DNA of 64,000 nt from Treponemataceae bacterium (GTDB taxonomy: Bacteria; Spirochaetota; Spirochaetia; Treponematales; Rectinemataceae). The position numbers and the translations under genes are program-made. The DNA lies in assembly GCA_963677895.2 (NCBI GenBank), contig CAXXGJ010000025.1, forward strand, positions 313,181 through 377,180, given 5' to 3'. The notes beneath the pieces were generated by a model. That model did no database searches. It had not been told where the DNA came from and saw only the letters and a list, made by a program, of their open reading frames with translations. This document shows, one piece after another, positions 35,889 through 46,412 of this stretch (position 1 is its first letter; every line of letters begins with the position of its first letter).

Positions 35889-37567
35889 TCATCCCATGTT
35901 TCGATCGCATAACGGTACCCTTGTTCGATGAGGAACCGTCTGCGGTTGTCGGCGAATTCTTCTTCCACGCTGTAGCGTGAAACCAGAGAATAGAAAAAGC
36001 TGTTCTGCTGTTTGGGCCTCAATATGCGGCCCAGCCGCTGCGCTTCCTCCTGCCTGCTGCCGAAGGAGCCGGAGACCTGGATGGCCACCGACGCGTCGGG
36101 CAGATCGATGGCGAAGTTAGCCACCTTCGAGACGACCAGAAGCCTGATCTCCCCGGTCCTGAAAGCGGCATACAACGTTTCCCGCTCGGCCTCGGGCGTC
36201 GCGCCCGTGATGAGGGGAGCCTTGAGCAGGGCGGCGTAGCGCTTGAGCTGCTCGATATACTGTCCGATGACGAGAATTCCCTCGCCCGCGTGATGCTCGG
36301 CCAACGCGAGCACGACATCTTCCTTCATGGGATTCTCCGCGGCGATGCGGATCTTCGCGCGCTGGGTGGCCACGGCATAGGAAAGCCTCGTATCGTCGTT
36401 CATCTGGATGCGAACTTCCCTGCACCAGGCTTCCGCTATGAAACCCTTCTTCTCGAGCTCTTTCCAGGGTACGTCATAACGCTTGGGTCCTATGAGGCAG
36501 AAGACATCCTCTTCCTTGCCGTCCTCCCTCACGAGGGTAGCCGTCAGGCCGAGGCGCCGAACGGCCTGCAGTTCGGCCACCACCCTGAAGACCGGCGCCG
36601 GAAGCAGGTGGACTTCGTCGCAGACGATGAGGCCCCAGGGTTCGCGCCGCAGTATGCCGAAATGCGGAAAGTCGGCGTTCTTGTCGGGACGCCAGGTGAG
36701 GATCTGGTAGGTCGCTATGGTGATGGGTTTGATCGTCTTGCTGGCGCCCGTGTATTCCCCGATCATATCGGGGTCTATATCCGTCTTGGCGATGAGTTCG
36801 TCCCTCCATTGGTGGACGGCGGCGATGTTCGTCGTGATGACGAGGGTGGTCCGCCCCACGGCCGCCATGGCCGCCATGCCGACGATCGTCTTTCCCGACC
36901 CGCAGGGAAGGACGATGACGCCGTATCCGCTTCCGGGGCGATTGCCCCCGATAAAGGAAGTGACCGCTTCGATCTGGTAAGGACGCATGTGCCAGCCGGT
37001 TTCGGCATCCCCGAATTTCAGGGCTAAAGGCAGGGGGCTGCCGTCCCTCAGCGATGCTTCGTCCTGGACGGGCCATCCGCGCTTCAGCATTTCGATCTTC
37101 ACGGTCCCCCTGTCGACGAGACGAAGCGAAAACCCCTCCTTGCAAGGCGAAAGCCATTTACCCAGGCCCCTGTCGGAACGGATCTGACGCTCCAGCGTCG
37201 AATCGCGGCAGACGAGGATGAGGCGAGGCACAGCCTCCGGGGCCTCGGCCTTGGCGTCCACCAGTACGAGGGCGCCGAAACGGGCCATGGTGTCCTTCAC
37301 GATGAAGGGAATGTCCCTCGGCAGATCGTAGCGCGTGAAGCCGGAAAGCGAGGCCACCACATCATCGGGCGTCAGTCCAGCCGCCGCCGCGTTCCACAGG
37401 GAAAGCGGCGTTATGCGATAGGTATGGAGATGCTCGGGGCTCTTCTCGAGAAGGGCGAAGGTGCCCAGGGCTTCCCTCGCCTCTTCGAATCGGGAGGCGT
37501 GGACATCGAGAAGGACGGAGAGATCGCTCTGCACGATCATCGGTCCTGAATTCGGCGTTGCGTTCAT
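35885..37567 (-). CDS. XPB/Ssl2-like SF2 DNA helicase
   Basis: KSPEHLHTYRITPLSLWNA, LPCGSGKT, DEVH, LTAT and SRQEEAQRLGRILR. Confidence 0.95.
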   Translation of the reverse strand: MNATPNSGPMIVQSDLSVLLDVHASRFEEAREALGTFALLEKSPEHLHTYRITPLSLWNAAAAGLTPDDVVASLSGFTRYDLPRDIPFIVKDTMARFGALVLVDAKAEAPEAVPRLILVCRDSTLERQIRSDRGLGKWLSPCKEGFSLRLVDRGTVKIEMLKRGWPVQDEASLRDGSPLPLALKFGDAETGWHMRPYQIEAVTSFIGGNRPGSGYGVIVLPCGSGKTIVGMAAMAAVGRTTLVITTNIAAVHQWRDELIAKTDIDPDMIGEYTGASKTIKPITIATYQILTWRPDKNADFPHFGILRREPWGLIVCDEVHLLPAPVFRVVAELQAVRRLGLTATLVREDGKEEDVFCLIGPKRYDVPWKELEKKGFIAEAWCREVRIQMNDDTRLSYAVATQRAKIRIAAENPMKEDVVLALAEHHAGEGILVIGQYIEQLKRYAALLKAPLITGATPEAERETLYAAFRTGEIRLLVVSKVANFAIDLPDASVAIQVSGSFGSRQEEAQRLGRILRPKQQNSFFYSLVSRYSVEEEFADNRRRFLIEQGYRYAIETWDE

Positions 37568-37616
37568 TCGGGGCGTTTTCCTATGGAAAAATACTCTTTC
37601 ATCACGGTATAAAGAT

Positions 37617-38303
37617 TCATCGCTTCTTCGCTTTCATTCCTTCATCCATGCGGCGTTTCGCCAGGTCAAGGTTGCGCGCGATCGGGATGCTCCTGGAAAT
37701 ATTGAAAGCTTTTTCGAAAAGCTCGGCCGCCTCGGCCGGCTTCTTCAATGTATCGAGATAAATCGCCCCCGCGTTGTTCAACGCCGGCCAATTGGTTTCA
37801 TCCAGCTCGAAGGAACGCAAGAACTCTTCTATGGCCTTTTCGTAGTCGCCCTGGTCGCGCAGGATCTGAGCCTCCCCGAAAATCTTCATGGATACCCGGG
37901 TTCTCTCGAATGACTTTTCGTCGGCGCAGGCGATATGCCTTTTCTCTATGAGAGGGCGGAGGGCTTCGGCCTTTCCGCCGGGGGCGCATTCGGGCTCGTT
38001 CAGGGCGAGAGCGTAGCGCTTTTCGGCTTCCTTCCTCTTGCCCATGGCATAGGCGAGATCGGCGAGGGCTGAATGGCGATGGAAGGTGCGGCCGTAGAGC
38101 TTCTCCTCCTTGAGCAGATAGCGTTCGGCGCCCTCGGCGTCTCCCTTGGCCATGAGAATCACCCCGAGATTCCTGAGTACGCTTATCGAGTTCGGTTCTT
38201 TTATTTCCAGCTTGCGGAACCACTTCTCGGCTTTTTCATAATCGCCGGAAATATAGGCGTTGAGGCCGAAACGTTCGTACAGGTTGGGGAAAAATCCTTG
38301 CAT
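37617..38303 (-). CDS. Tetratricopeptide repeat protein
   Basis: Repeated TPR patterns (GDYEKAEKWF, ALNNAGAIY). The start is uncertain (38303 or 38333). Confidence 0.8.
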   Translation of the reverse strand: MQGFFPNLYERFGLNAYISGDYEKAEKWFRKLEIKEPNSISVLRNLGVILMAKGDAEGAERYLLKEEKLYGRTFHRHSALADLAYAMGKRKEAEKRYALALNEPECAPGGKAEALRPLIEKRHIACADEKSFERTRVSMKIFGEAQILRDQGDYEKAIEEFLRSFELDETNWPALNNAGAIYLDTLKKPAEAAELFEKAFNISRSIPIARNLDLAKRRMDEGMKAKKR

Positions 38304-38351
38304 CCCTATAATGTCCCACAAAAGCCCGGTCAATGTACAGAGCCGGGATCT

Positions 38352-39452
38352 TCAGCCTCCCCCTCCTTTCGCGATCGTGAGCGCTATGGGAAGATGGTCC
38401 GAAAAGCCCGAAAAACCGTTCCACGCTGCCGGATAGCCATTCTCGTCGAGAAGCGAAGGATCCCCGCTCACCATGAAGCGGAGGAACTCCGGGCCCTTGC
38501 CGTCGAGGAGGGCGGGACCGAGAAGAAAACCGTCGAGGCGCTCTTCCTCGCCGCCGAATATGTAGCTGAACCCCTCATTCCCGTACCAGGGAGAATAAAG
38601 AACCGTCCCCTCCCCTCCCAGGGAAGCGTCCGACGGCCGCCCCGAAACGCGAATTACCCCATCGAGCCATTCTTCCGGAACGCCGCCGCTCCCAGGCTCC
38701 GGAGCGTGCGATGATCCGCGGGGATCGGGCATGAAGGCGGTCGGATACCTTCTCCCCGCCCTTTCGAACTCATCGGGCGATTCGTTGAAATCGCCGCAGA
38801 CGACGACGCAGCGCCCGGGATCGTCGGCGATTATCTCGGCGATCCGGCTCGCGACCAAGGCGGAGGAGGCGCGGCGTGCCACTTCCGTCACCGCCGGCCC
38901 TTCCCTTCGCGATTTCCAGTGGCAGATGAACAATGTCAGACGGGATCCCTCCGCGTCAAGATCGAAGGTAGCCTCGAGAATGTCCCTGCTCGGTCCGAAG
39001 TCCCATGCGTCGGCGAGCGAATGCGCCTTCAGCGAAGCAAAAGGATAGCGGGACAGAATGCCGCACTTGATGGCCGATCCGGCTGGCCCGCCGAGGGCTA
39101 TCCAGCGATAGCCGCCCGCCTTGAGCGCCCCGCGCGCGAGGTCGGCCAGCACTCTTTCGCTTTCCAGTTCCTGAAGGCAGATGATGTCGGGCGTCCGGCC
39201 TTCTTCGGGGAAAAAAGAGCGCAGGGCCTTGGCGGTGTTTTCCAGACGCGTATCGTAAAGGTCGGCGTTCCATTTTCCCGAACTCAAGGAGAATTCCGGA
39301 TACTCGTTTCCGTCATCCACGGCATCGAAAAGGTTATGCGCATTATAGGATACGATGGTGAGCTCGGGAGATTCGCGGTTTTCCCAGGGCATGGAACAGG
39401 TGGATCCCGATAAAAAGGCGATGGCGGCGATGAAGAAAAGGCGAGCGCGCAT
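38352..39452 (-). CDS. Endonuclease/exonuclease/phosphatase family protein, probably an exported lipoprotein
   Basis: SYNAHNLFD, LQE, HWKSR, GDFN and SDHLP. Confidence 0.9.
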   Translation of the reverse strand: MRARLFFIAAIAFLSGSTCSMPWENRESPELTIVSYNAHNLFDAVDDGNEYPEFSLSSGKWNADLYDTRLENTAKALRSFFPEEGRTPDIICLQELESERVLADLARGALKAGGYRWIALGGPAGSAIKCGILSRYPFASLKAHSLADAWDFGPSRDILEATFDLDAEGSRLTLFICHWKSRREGPAVTEVARRASSALVASRIAEIIADDPGRCVVVCGDFNESPDEFERAGRRYPTAFMPDPRGSSHAPEPGSGGVPEEWLDGVIRVSGRPSDASLGGEGTVLYSPWYGNEGFSYIFGGEEERLDGFLLGPALLDGKGPEFLRFMVSGDPSLLDENGYPAAWNGFSGFSDHLPIALTIAKGGGG

Positions 39453-39524
39453 TCCTTTTTTGCCTCCCTGAGGGACATACCCTCAAGAATGGAACGCGCG
39501 CGGACGGAAATCCTGATTCAGAAA

Positions 39525-40142
39525 TCAGAGAGGCAGATCGTCCCTCTTGGAGATTGTCTTTTCGATGAGTCCATAGGCCACCGCTTCCTTGGAGTTCATC
39601 CAGTAATCCCTGTCGGTGTCGCGGGAGACGCGCTCGAGACTCTGGCCCGTGGCCTCGGCGATTATCTCGTTGAGCCTTTCCTTCGTCTTTTCGAGTTCCC
39701 TGGCGTGGATCTCTATCTCGGTGGCCACGCCCTGGATCCCGGAGAGGGGCTGGTGAATGAGATAGGAGGAATTCGGCAGGCCATAGCGTCTTTCCTTCGG
39801 AACCGCGAGGAGTATGAGGGCGGCGGCGCTGGCGATGAGCCCCATGCCCACGATGCGCACGGGAGCCTTGATGAATCGTATCATGTCGAAAATGGAAAAG
39901 CCCGCGTAGACGTCGCCTCCGGGCGAATCGATGAGGATCGTGATCGGGTCCGGGGAAATGCTTTCGAGAAGCAGAAGGTGGCGGATCACCTTTTCCGACA
40001 GATCCTTGTCCACTTCTCCGGTGAGGAGAATGGTTCGGGTTTTAAGGAAGCGTTCCGACATCAACTCTTCCGGTTTCTGGGGAGTCTTCTTCTCGTCGTT
40101 TTCCGGCTCGTCGGCTGCGATAACTGAAGCTATAGCTCTCAT
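39525..40142 (-). CDS. clpP: ATP-dependent Clp protease proteolytic subunit
   Basis: DSPGG, IASAA (Ser), IHQP (His) and DRDYWM, with a GGAG SD. Confidence 0.95.
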   Translation of the reverse strand: MRAIASVIAADEPENDEKKTPQKPEELMSERFLKTRTILLTGEVDKDLSEKVIRHLLLLESISPDPITILIDSPGGDVYAGFSIFDMIRFIKAPVRIVGMGLIASAAALILLAVPKERRYGLPNSSYLIHQPLSGIQGVATEIEIHARELEKTKERLNEIIAEATGQSLERVSRDTDRDYWMNSKEAVAYGLIEKTISKRDDLPL

Positions 40143-40337
40143 AGGAACTCCATGTCTGTTTTTAGGCGCTTGGATAAGATACTCTTTTTTTGCCCGACGC
40201 GACAACCGGCGACGCGGGAGCGCAGGGAGCGAGGACGCCGGCGACGGTCGAAGGCGGCAGAGCGCCGCCGAAAGGCTTCCTTGCCTTAGGCCAGTCATTA
40301 TATTAGATTTTTCATATCTTTAAGAAAGAGGTCCATT

Positions 40338-40892
40338 ATGGGAAGAAAATATTTCGCCGCCACGGCGGCAATCCTATTGATAGCGCTGATCATCCTGCCT
40401 GTTTCGGGGGCTTCCACCAAGCCCTGGTACGCGCCCAGGCTTGAGAAACTCGGATTCTACGTGTTCGATCCGCCCTTTACCTTCCAGGACTTCAAGGTGA
40501 CGAACCTTTCCGGCGCGGAAAAAGCCAGGACCAGCGTCAAAGGCAAGGTGGTCCTCCTGAATTTCTGGGCTACCTGGTGCCCCCCCTGCAAGGAAGAAAT
40601 CCCCAGCATCGAAGCGCTCTCCAAAACCATGAAAGGCAAAAATTTCGAAGTGTTCGCCGTCAGCGTGGGCGAAGACGCGGCCACGGTAAAATCCTTCGCG
40701 GCGGAACAGAAGATGACCTACCCCATCTATCTCGATCCCAGGAACAGCCTTTCAGCCACCTATGCCTCGCAGGGCATACCGACCACCTACCTTCTGGACA
40801 AGGACGGTCGGTTCATCGCTGGACTAGTGGGCAGCTATGACTACGCCAACGTCGAATTCGTGAACTTCCTGAACGAACTGGCCCAGAAATGA
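40338..40892 (+). CDS. TlpA/ResA-like thiol-disulfide oxidoreductase
   Basis: Signal/TM segment, NFWATWCPPC and GIPTTYLLD. Confidence 0.93.
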   Translation: MGRKYFAATAAILLIALIILPVSGASTKPWYAPRLEKLGFYVFDPPFTFQDFKVTNLSGAEKARTSVKGKVVLLNFWATWCPPCKEEIPSIEALSKTMKGKNFEVFAVSVGEDAATVKSFAAEQKMTYPIYLDPRNSLSATYASQGIPTTYLLDKDGRFIAGLVGSYDYANVEFVNFLNELAQK

Positions 40893-41851
40893 ACGCGCCG
40901 GGGCTCCTCTCCGCCGGCTTGGCCGGGCTGCTTTCCTTTCTGTCGCCCTGCGTTCTCCCCCTGGTTCCGGCCTATCTGTCCTTCATATCCGGAACGACGG
41001 CCGCCGAACTCTCCGGCGGACAGTCGCGCGGAAAAGTCTTCGTGAGGAGTCTCGCGTTCTCCCTGGGTTTCACCCTCGCCTTCACCATTCTCGGCGTCAT
41101 TTTCTCGGGCGGCGCCATGTTCGTGGGCCAGGCAGGAGCCTCCCGGTACATCGACATCGCGGGTGGCATCCTCGTCATCTTCCTGGGATTCAACCTCATC
41201 TTTGATTTCATAAAGCTCCTGAACGCCGACTCGCGCCTCATCGGGAGATTCACGGGCCAAAAAGGAGGAGGAGTCCTGAGCTCCACCCTCCTCGGCCTGG
41301 CCTTCGCGGCGGGCTGGTCGCCCTGCATAGGCCCTATACTGGCTTCCATCCTTCTGTACGCCGGCAGGGAAAGAAACATCCCCGGCGCCATGATCCTTCT
41401 TCTTTCCTACTCCCTCGGTTTCGCCATTCCATTCCTCGCCACCGGCCTGTTCTTCGACAGGCTCAAGCCTCTTCTTTCTTTTTTCTCGAAGCATGGCAAG
41501 GCTGTTCGGGGCGTTTCGGGAATCGTTCTAATCCTATTCGGCGCGGCTATGGCCATGGGGAGCCTGGGTTCCCTGACATCGCTGGCGGCCAAGGCGGGCT
41601 ATAGTCTCGCGGGCTTCATCGGAAACCGGCCGGATTTCGCCCGCTTTCTCGCCGCGGGAATATGGGCTATCGTCGCGGCGGCCGTGGCCCTGCCCCTGCT
41701 GCCCGGCAGGAAGAAAGTGCTTTCATCGAGACGAAAAATCGTAGTGTCGGGTTTGACTGTAGCGGCCATTCTGCTGGCCGCGGCGGAACTCGCGGGAATA
41801 TTCTCCACCCTCGCGCTCGTCGCGCGCTGGCTTACTTTTTCGGGAATCTAG
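40889..41851 (+). CDS. ccdA: CcdA/DsbD-like membrane electron-transfer protein
   Basis: SFLSPCVLPL and AGWSPCIGP. Confidence 0.9.
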   Translation: MNAPGLLSAGLAGLLSFLSPCVLPLVPAYLSFISGTTAAELSGGQSRGKVFVRSLAFSLGFTLAFTILGVIFSGGAMFVGQAGASRYIDIAGGILVIFLGFNLIFDFIKLLNADSRLIGRFTGQKGGGVLSSTLLGLAFAAGWSPCIGPILASILLYAGRERNIPGAMILLLSYSLGFAIPFLATGLFFDRLKPLLSFFSKHGKAVRGVSGIVLILFGAAMAMGSLGSLTSLAAKAGYSLAGFIGNRPDFARFLAAGIWAIVAAAVALPLLPGRKKVLSSRRKIVVSGLTVAAILLAAAELAGIFSTLALVARWLTFSGI

Positions 41852-41896
41852 CGAGCGGGCGCTGGAGCCGTGGCGGTCGCGTCGGCGCGGCTTCGC

Positions 41897-42850
41897 CTAG
41901 ACCGTCCCCACCCTGAATGATTTCTTGAAATGGTTCCTTCTGAAGCGCTCGATCCATACGACAAGCGTGGCCAGGACCAGGCGCGGCACGACAAGCCAGA
42001 AAATGCTTATGCCGATCGCCGAATAGAGAATCGTGTCCTCCAGGAGGGAATGGGATATCGCCGCGTGGTGGTTGAAGAGGTCGCCGTCCTGTTTTTTCAT
42101 CTTGCCCGTTTCGTATTCGGACTTGATTATACCCGCCCCGTATGAGTAGCCGACGATATTGATGACGATCCAGAGGAAGCTGGCCTCGGCCGGCAGGCCG
42201 AAGAACTTCATGAAGGGAGCGAGTATCTTCGAAAGCAGATCGATGACTTTGAACTCGTCGAAAAGACTCTGGGCAATCATTATCCCAAGGACGAAGAGGA
42301 CGATTTTAGTGACGAGCCCCAAGGTCGAGAGGCTCCAGCTTCCGAGCATCGCGAGGAAGGCCACTTTTTCGGCGCCGAGCCCCGAGGAGAACACCGTTCC
42401 CGCCATGGACTGGGGAAGGAGAAGATTAAGGGCGAAAGCGCCGAAGATCGCCATCCCTACGCGCAGCAGCGCCATCTTGATGGCCGAGGAACCGGCCGAT
42501 TTCATCACCGCCGTCTCCACGATGAGGTTGTGGGCGGTCAGGCACATGAAGGCGAGAATGGTCACGTCCCGAAGCGAAAGGCTGAGCGAGCCCATGACGG
42601 CTATCGCCGAATAGTTGTTGAGAAGGGCTCCCGATATGAAAACGAAGGCGGCCTGGCCGGGAAGGCCGATGAGCCTCATCAGGGGAGACAGGAATCCGGC
42701 GATAGTCTGCAGGAGACCGCTCCATCCTAAAAGCGCGACGACCAGGCTCGTGGGCACCATTATCTTCAGGAGGAAGGTGATTGTCGAAACGGATTTCCTG
42801 ACGCCCGCCATGAGGGCGTCTCCGATTCTGGCCGCAATTTTCTTTTCCAT
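41897..42850 (-). CDS. Nucleoside-recognition (Gate) domain membrane protein
   Basis: Two Gate-like repeats (LSPLMRLIGLPG, LAPFMKFFGLP), HNLIVE and HSLLED. Confidence 0.75.
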   Translation of the reverse strand: MEKKIAARIGDALMAGVRKSVSTITFLLKIMVPTSLVVALLGWSGLLQTIAGFLSPLMRLIGLPGQAAFVFISGALLNNYSAIAVMGSLSLSLRDVTILAFMCLTAHNLIVETAVMKSAGSSAIKMALLRVGMAIFGAFALNLLLPQSMAGTVFSSGLGAEKVAFLAMLGSWSLSTLGLVTKIVLFVLGIMIAQSLFDEFKVIDLLSKILAPFMKFFGLPAEASFLWIVINIVGYSYGAGIIKSEYETGKMKKQDGDLFNHHAAISHSLLEDTILYSAIGISIFWLVVPRLVLATLVVWIERFRRNHFKKSFRVGTV

Positions 42851-42951
42851 TGATACTTCCGTATTGCTGAACGCAGCCGCGATAGTAGCACAATCCGGCC
42901 CGTATGGGAACCGATTGTCTTTCGGAGGCCGGCGGGGGCTTCCGCGGCGCC

Positions 42952-45027
42952 TTAGGATCTGCGGGCAGCGAGCGACGCGATCCTCCCGGCGAATGCCTTG
43001 TCGCCCATGAGGTCCTCGAGGCGCGGCTTCATCCTGTACAGCCAATTCGCGTCGCTCATCGTACCGGGCACGTTTATCCGCTCGTCCGCGGGATTCGCCT
43101 CGCGGTAGAGCGCGCTCGCGGCCAGGAGGTCCTGCAGGGGGTAGACGACGCAGCGCGAGCGCGCCGCGGCAAAAGCTCCCATGACGAGAAGGGCCGATTC
43201 GGGGTCCAGCGAAGCGGGAGCGGCATCAGCCAGGGCATATCCCGGCATCGCCCGCCTGACCATCGCCCATATGGCGGCGCGGTCCGCTTCCTCTTCCCAC
43301 CACTGGCGCAGGTTCGTGGAATCGTGAACCGACATGGTGGCCACCGATTCTTCCGGGTATTCCTCGAGCGGTATGTAGGGCGATCCCTGCCTATCCCATG
43401 CCCTGTGCCAGCGAAGGACGCGGAGACCAGGAATACCCAACTCGCCCAGGACGGCCGGAACGAAGGGAGGCACAGCTCCCAAATCTTCGGCGCAGGCCTG
43501 CATCTCGACGCTGTCGGCTAAAATCTTCAGGATATCCCTTCCCGCTCTCTCCCATAAAGCCATGGATTCGCCCTTCCTGCGCGAAATCAGGGCTTCCATA
43601 AGAGTCTTCTCGCGATCCGAGAGGCTGCTCCAGGCCTGCGTGCCCCTGAATTCCCAGGTGGCGAGGAACTGCCCCGGCGCGACTTCCAGAAGGGTTCTAT
43701 TTCTCCACCAGAAGAGCAGCGCGTCGATGCAGGATGAAATCATCGATTCTGAAGGTTTTTCCCCCGTAAACGCCGCGCAGGTTACCCGCACTATGCTCGC
43801 GATATCGGCGCCGCCCCGAAGCGATTGGGCGAAGAGGCATAGCAGTTCATTCCCGATCTGGGTAAAAAGCCTTGCGCGCAGTTCTCCGCGAAGCGGCACA
43901 GGCAGCCCCGACAGGGCTTCGTCTATCGCGTGCTGGGGCAGGTGGGGCTTCGAAAGCCATCGAATTCTCCCCGCGTCGAAACCTATGGCGTCCAGCTCCG
44001 GATAGGAAAAAGCGAATTCGGGCACGAAATGGCCGAGAAAGCCATCCGTCTCATGTTTGCTTATCGCCCAGATCCTGAAGAATCCCAGCACATGATCGAT
44101 TCTATACATGGTATAGAACTGTTCCGCGCTGGCGAGCCTTTCCTTCCAGAAGGAATAGCCGTCGCGCTCGATTTCATCCCAGCGGTAAAGGGGAAATCCC
44201 CAGTTCTGTCCATAGCGCGAATACATGTCGGGAGGGGCTCCGGCCGAGCGTCCCGTATCGAACAATTCCCTATGAAACCAGACATCGGCCGAGTCGGCGT
44301 TCATGAGGATGGGGATGTCGCCCATGAGGTCCACGCCGATTTCCCTTACCTGGGCGCAGGCCGAGGCGAACTGCCCTTCGGCCCTCATCTGGAGCCATGC
44401 CCAGAATCTCGTGCCGGCGACATTGTCCTTCTCTTTCCAGAGGCGGTCGATCAAGGCTTCGTCCACCGTCCCAAGCTCCGGCCACTCCCACCAGGCGGCC
44501 CCATCGTGGCGCCGCTTAAGCTCTACAAAACAGGCATAGGGCTTTACCCAGGACTTGCCTACCGACCATGCCTCGACCTCCACCACGAGTTTCCGCCCAA
44601 TTCCATCCGACGAAATCGCCTTCCACAAGGTTTCGAGAATAGTCAATTTCGCTTCGAGAATCCTAGCGTAAGGAACTTGGGCCGAAGTCCCGAAATCGAC
44701 GGCCAGCCTTCTTGCCTGCCCCGCTGCCAAGGTCGCGGCATTTTTAGCCAGACCTTCCGCGGCGGCCGCTTCTTCCAGCTCCGGCAGATCCTCGATCCGC
44801 AGATACACCGGATTCAGCGCGAAAGCGCTCAGCGCGCTGTAAGGCGATGTCTGCCAGCCCGTATCGTTCACCGGAAGAAGTTGCACGACATCCATATTCC
44901 AAGAGCGCGCAAGCTTCGCCAGTTCAGCGATGTCCGGAAATTCGCCGCATGGGCCGCGGCTGGTCCGGAGGGAAAGAAGCGGCAGCGCGAGTCCTGTCGT
45001 CCTCTTCGTCGAATTGATGAATTTCAT
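42952..45027 (-). CDS. malQ: 4-alpha-glucanotransferase (GH77)
   Basis: SPYSALS, GAPPD, QNWGFP, RIDHVLG, AEDLG, HD and INVPG. Confidence 0.93.
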   Translation of the reverse strand: MKFINSTKRTTGLALPLLSLRTSRGPCGEFPDIAELAKLARSWNMDVVQLLPVNDTGWQTSPYSALSAFALNPVYLRIEDLPELEEAAAAEGLAKNAATLAAGQARRLAVDFGTSAQVPYARILEAKLTILETLWKAISSDGIGRKLVVEVEAWSVGKSWVKPYACFVELKRRHDGAAWWEWPELGTVDEALIDRLWKEKDNVAGTRFWAWLQMRAEGQFASACAQVREIGVDLMGDIPILMNADSADVWFHRELFDTGRSAGAPPDMYSRYGQNWGFPLYRWDEIERDGYSFWKERLASAEQFYTMYRIDHVLGFFRIWAISKHETDGFLGHFVPEFAFSYPELDAIGFDAGRIRWLSKPHLPQHAIDEALSGLPVPLRGELRARLFTQIGNELLCLFAQSLRGGADIASIVRVTCAAFTGEKPSESMISSCIDALLFWWRNRTLLEVAPGQFLATWEFRGTQAWSSLSDREKTLMEALISRRKGESMALWERAGRDILKILADSVEMQACAEDLGAVPPFVPAVLGELGIPGLRVLRWHRAWDRQGSPYIPLEEYPEESVATMSVHDSTNLRQWWEEEADRAAIWAMVRRAMPGYALADAAPASLDPESALLVMGAFAAARSRCVVYPLQDLLAASALYREANPADERINVPGTMSDANWLYRMKPRLEDLMGDKAFAGRIASLAARRS

Positions 45028-45029
45028 GT

Positions 45030-46412
45030 CTATCTCCAGAGCGCCCGTATGGAAGCCTTGAGCGAATCGGCCTGAGCCCATTCGGGCTTGGCTCCCGCCT
45101 TTCTCGAAGGCGCCGTCTCGCCTTCCTCCCTGTCCCCGTACTTTACTTCCAGGGGGCCCAGCACCGCCGTGAAGCCAAGCGCCTTGGCCGCCCTGGCCCT
45201 CTTGGCCATCTGCCGGACCGGTCGGACCTCACCCGCGAGCGAGAGCTCGCCCGCGAGCGCCGATTCCTTGGGAAGCGGCTGGCCGGTCCTGGCCGAATAA
45301 AGAGCCGCGGCAAGCGCGAGATCTATGCCCGGCTCGGCCAGACGCACGCCCCCGGCCACATTGACGTAGATATCCTGATCCGAAAGCCGCAGGCCTGTCT
45401 GCTTTTCTATGACGGCGGCGATGCGCGCCACCCTTGAGGCGTCGATCCTATCGGAGTATACCCTGGTGATACCTGCCTTGGCCGGTACGGTGAGGGCCTG
45501 TATCTCCACAAGTAGAACGCGAGAGCCCTCATGGACGATCGCGACGGCTACGCCCGGAGGCAGCTCCCCCGTTCTCTGGATGAGCAGGATGCCCGACGGA
45601 TCGGCAAGTTCATCAAGCCCCTTGTAGCCCATCCTGTAAAGCCCCAGCTCATCCGTCGAACCGAAACGGTTTTTCGATGCCCGGAGCGCCCGCAGATCGC
45701 CTTCGGCCTGTTCGAAGGTGAGGACGGCGTCCACGATATGCTCAGCGGCCTTGGGTCCCGCGATGAGTCCATCCTTCGTCATATGGGCCACGAATACTAT
45801 GATGGAGTCGTGAGTCTTGGCCCATTCCGTCATTTCCTGGGTGCAGTATTTTATCTGGTTGGCCGTGCCGGGCACGACGCCGGCATCGGCCGAATACACG
45901 GTCTGTATGGAATCTATCACGGTGAGGACCGGGTGCACGGCTTCAAGCACCGTCATGATCCTGTCGAGATCGGAGGCGCAGAACACTTCCAAGTTGTCCT
46001 TGAGCGCCCCCACGCGATCCGCCCTCATGCGGACCTGGGCCGGCGATTCTTCGCCCGAGACATAGAGCACTCTGCCCTTGGACTGCAGCTTGGCGCATAC
46101 CTGCAACAGCAGCGTACTCTTGCCTATTCCAGGCTCCCCGCCCAAGAGTATGGCCGAGCCCCTCATGAATCCCCCGCCGAGAACCCTGTCGAGCTCTACG
46201 CTGCCTGAGAGGATTCTCGTGCCCGACGCGGGGTCGATGGCCATGATAGGCAGCGAATAGGATTCGCCCTTGATCTCGGCCTTCATAGAACCGGCGGTCA
46301 CGCTCTGTTCTTTGAGGGTATTCCACTGGCCGCATTCCGGGCAGCGTCCCAGCCACTTGGGCTCCGTATGCCCGCAGTTCGAACAGCGGTACACCGTGGT
46401 TTGCTTCTTCAT
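45030..46412 (-). CDS. radA: DNA repair protein RadA/Sms
   Basis: C4 Zn finger, GEPGIGKS and KNRFG. Confidence 0.97.
   Translation of the reverse strand: MKKQTTVYRCSNCGHTEPKWLGRCPECGQWNTLKEQSVTAGSMKAEIKGESYSLPIMAIDPASGTRILSGSVELDRVLGGGFMRGSAILLGGEPGIGKSTLLLQVCAKLQSKGRVLYVSGEESPAQVRMRADRVGALKDNLEVFCASDLDRIMTVLEAVHPVLTVIDSIQTVYSADAGVVPGTANQIKYCTQEMTEWAKTHDSIIVFVAHMTKDGLIAGPKAAEHIVDAVLTFEQAEGDLRALRASKNRFGSTDELGLYRMGYKGLDELADPSGILLIQRTGELPPGVAVAIVHEGSRVLLVEIQALTVPAKAGITRVYSDRIDASRVARIAAVIEKQTGLRLSDQDIYVNVAGGVRLAEPGIDLALAAALYSARTGQPLPKESALAGELSLAGEVRPVRQMAKRARAAKALGFTAVLGPLEVKYGDREEGETAPSRKAGAKPEWAQADSLKASIRALWR

Noticed and set aside
32854..37567. Anti-phage defence island
   Set aside because: A helicase plus nuclease is suggestive, but the GC content is host-like, the flanks are housekeeping genes, and no other defence or mobility genes are present.
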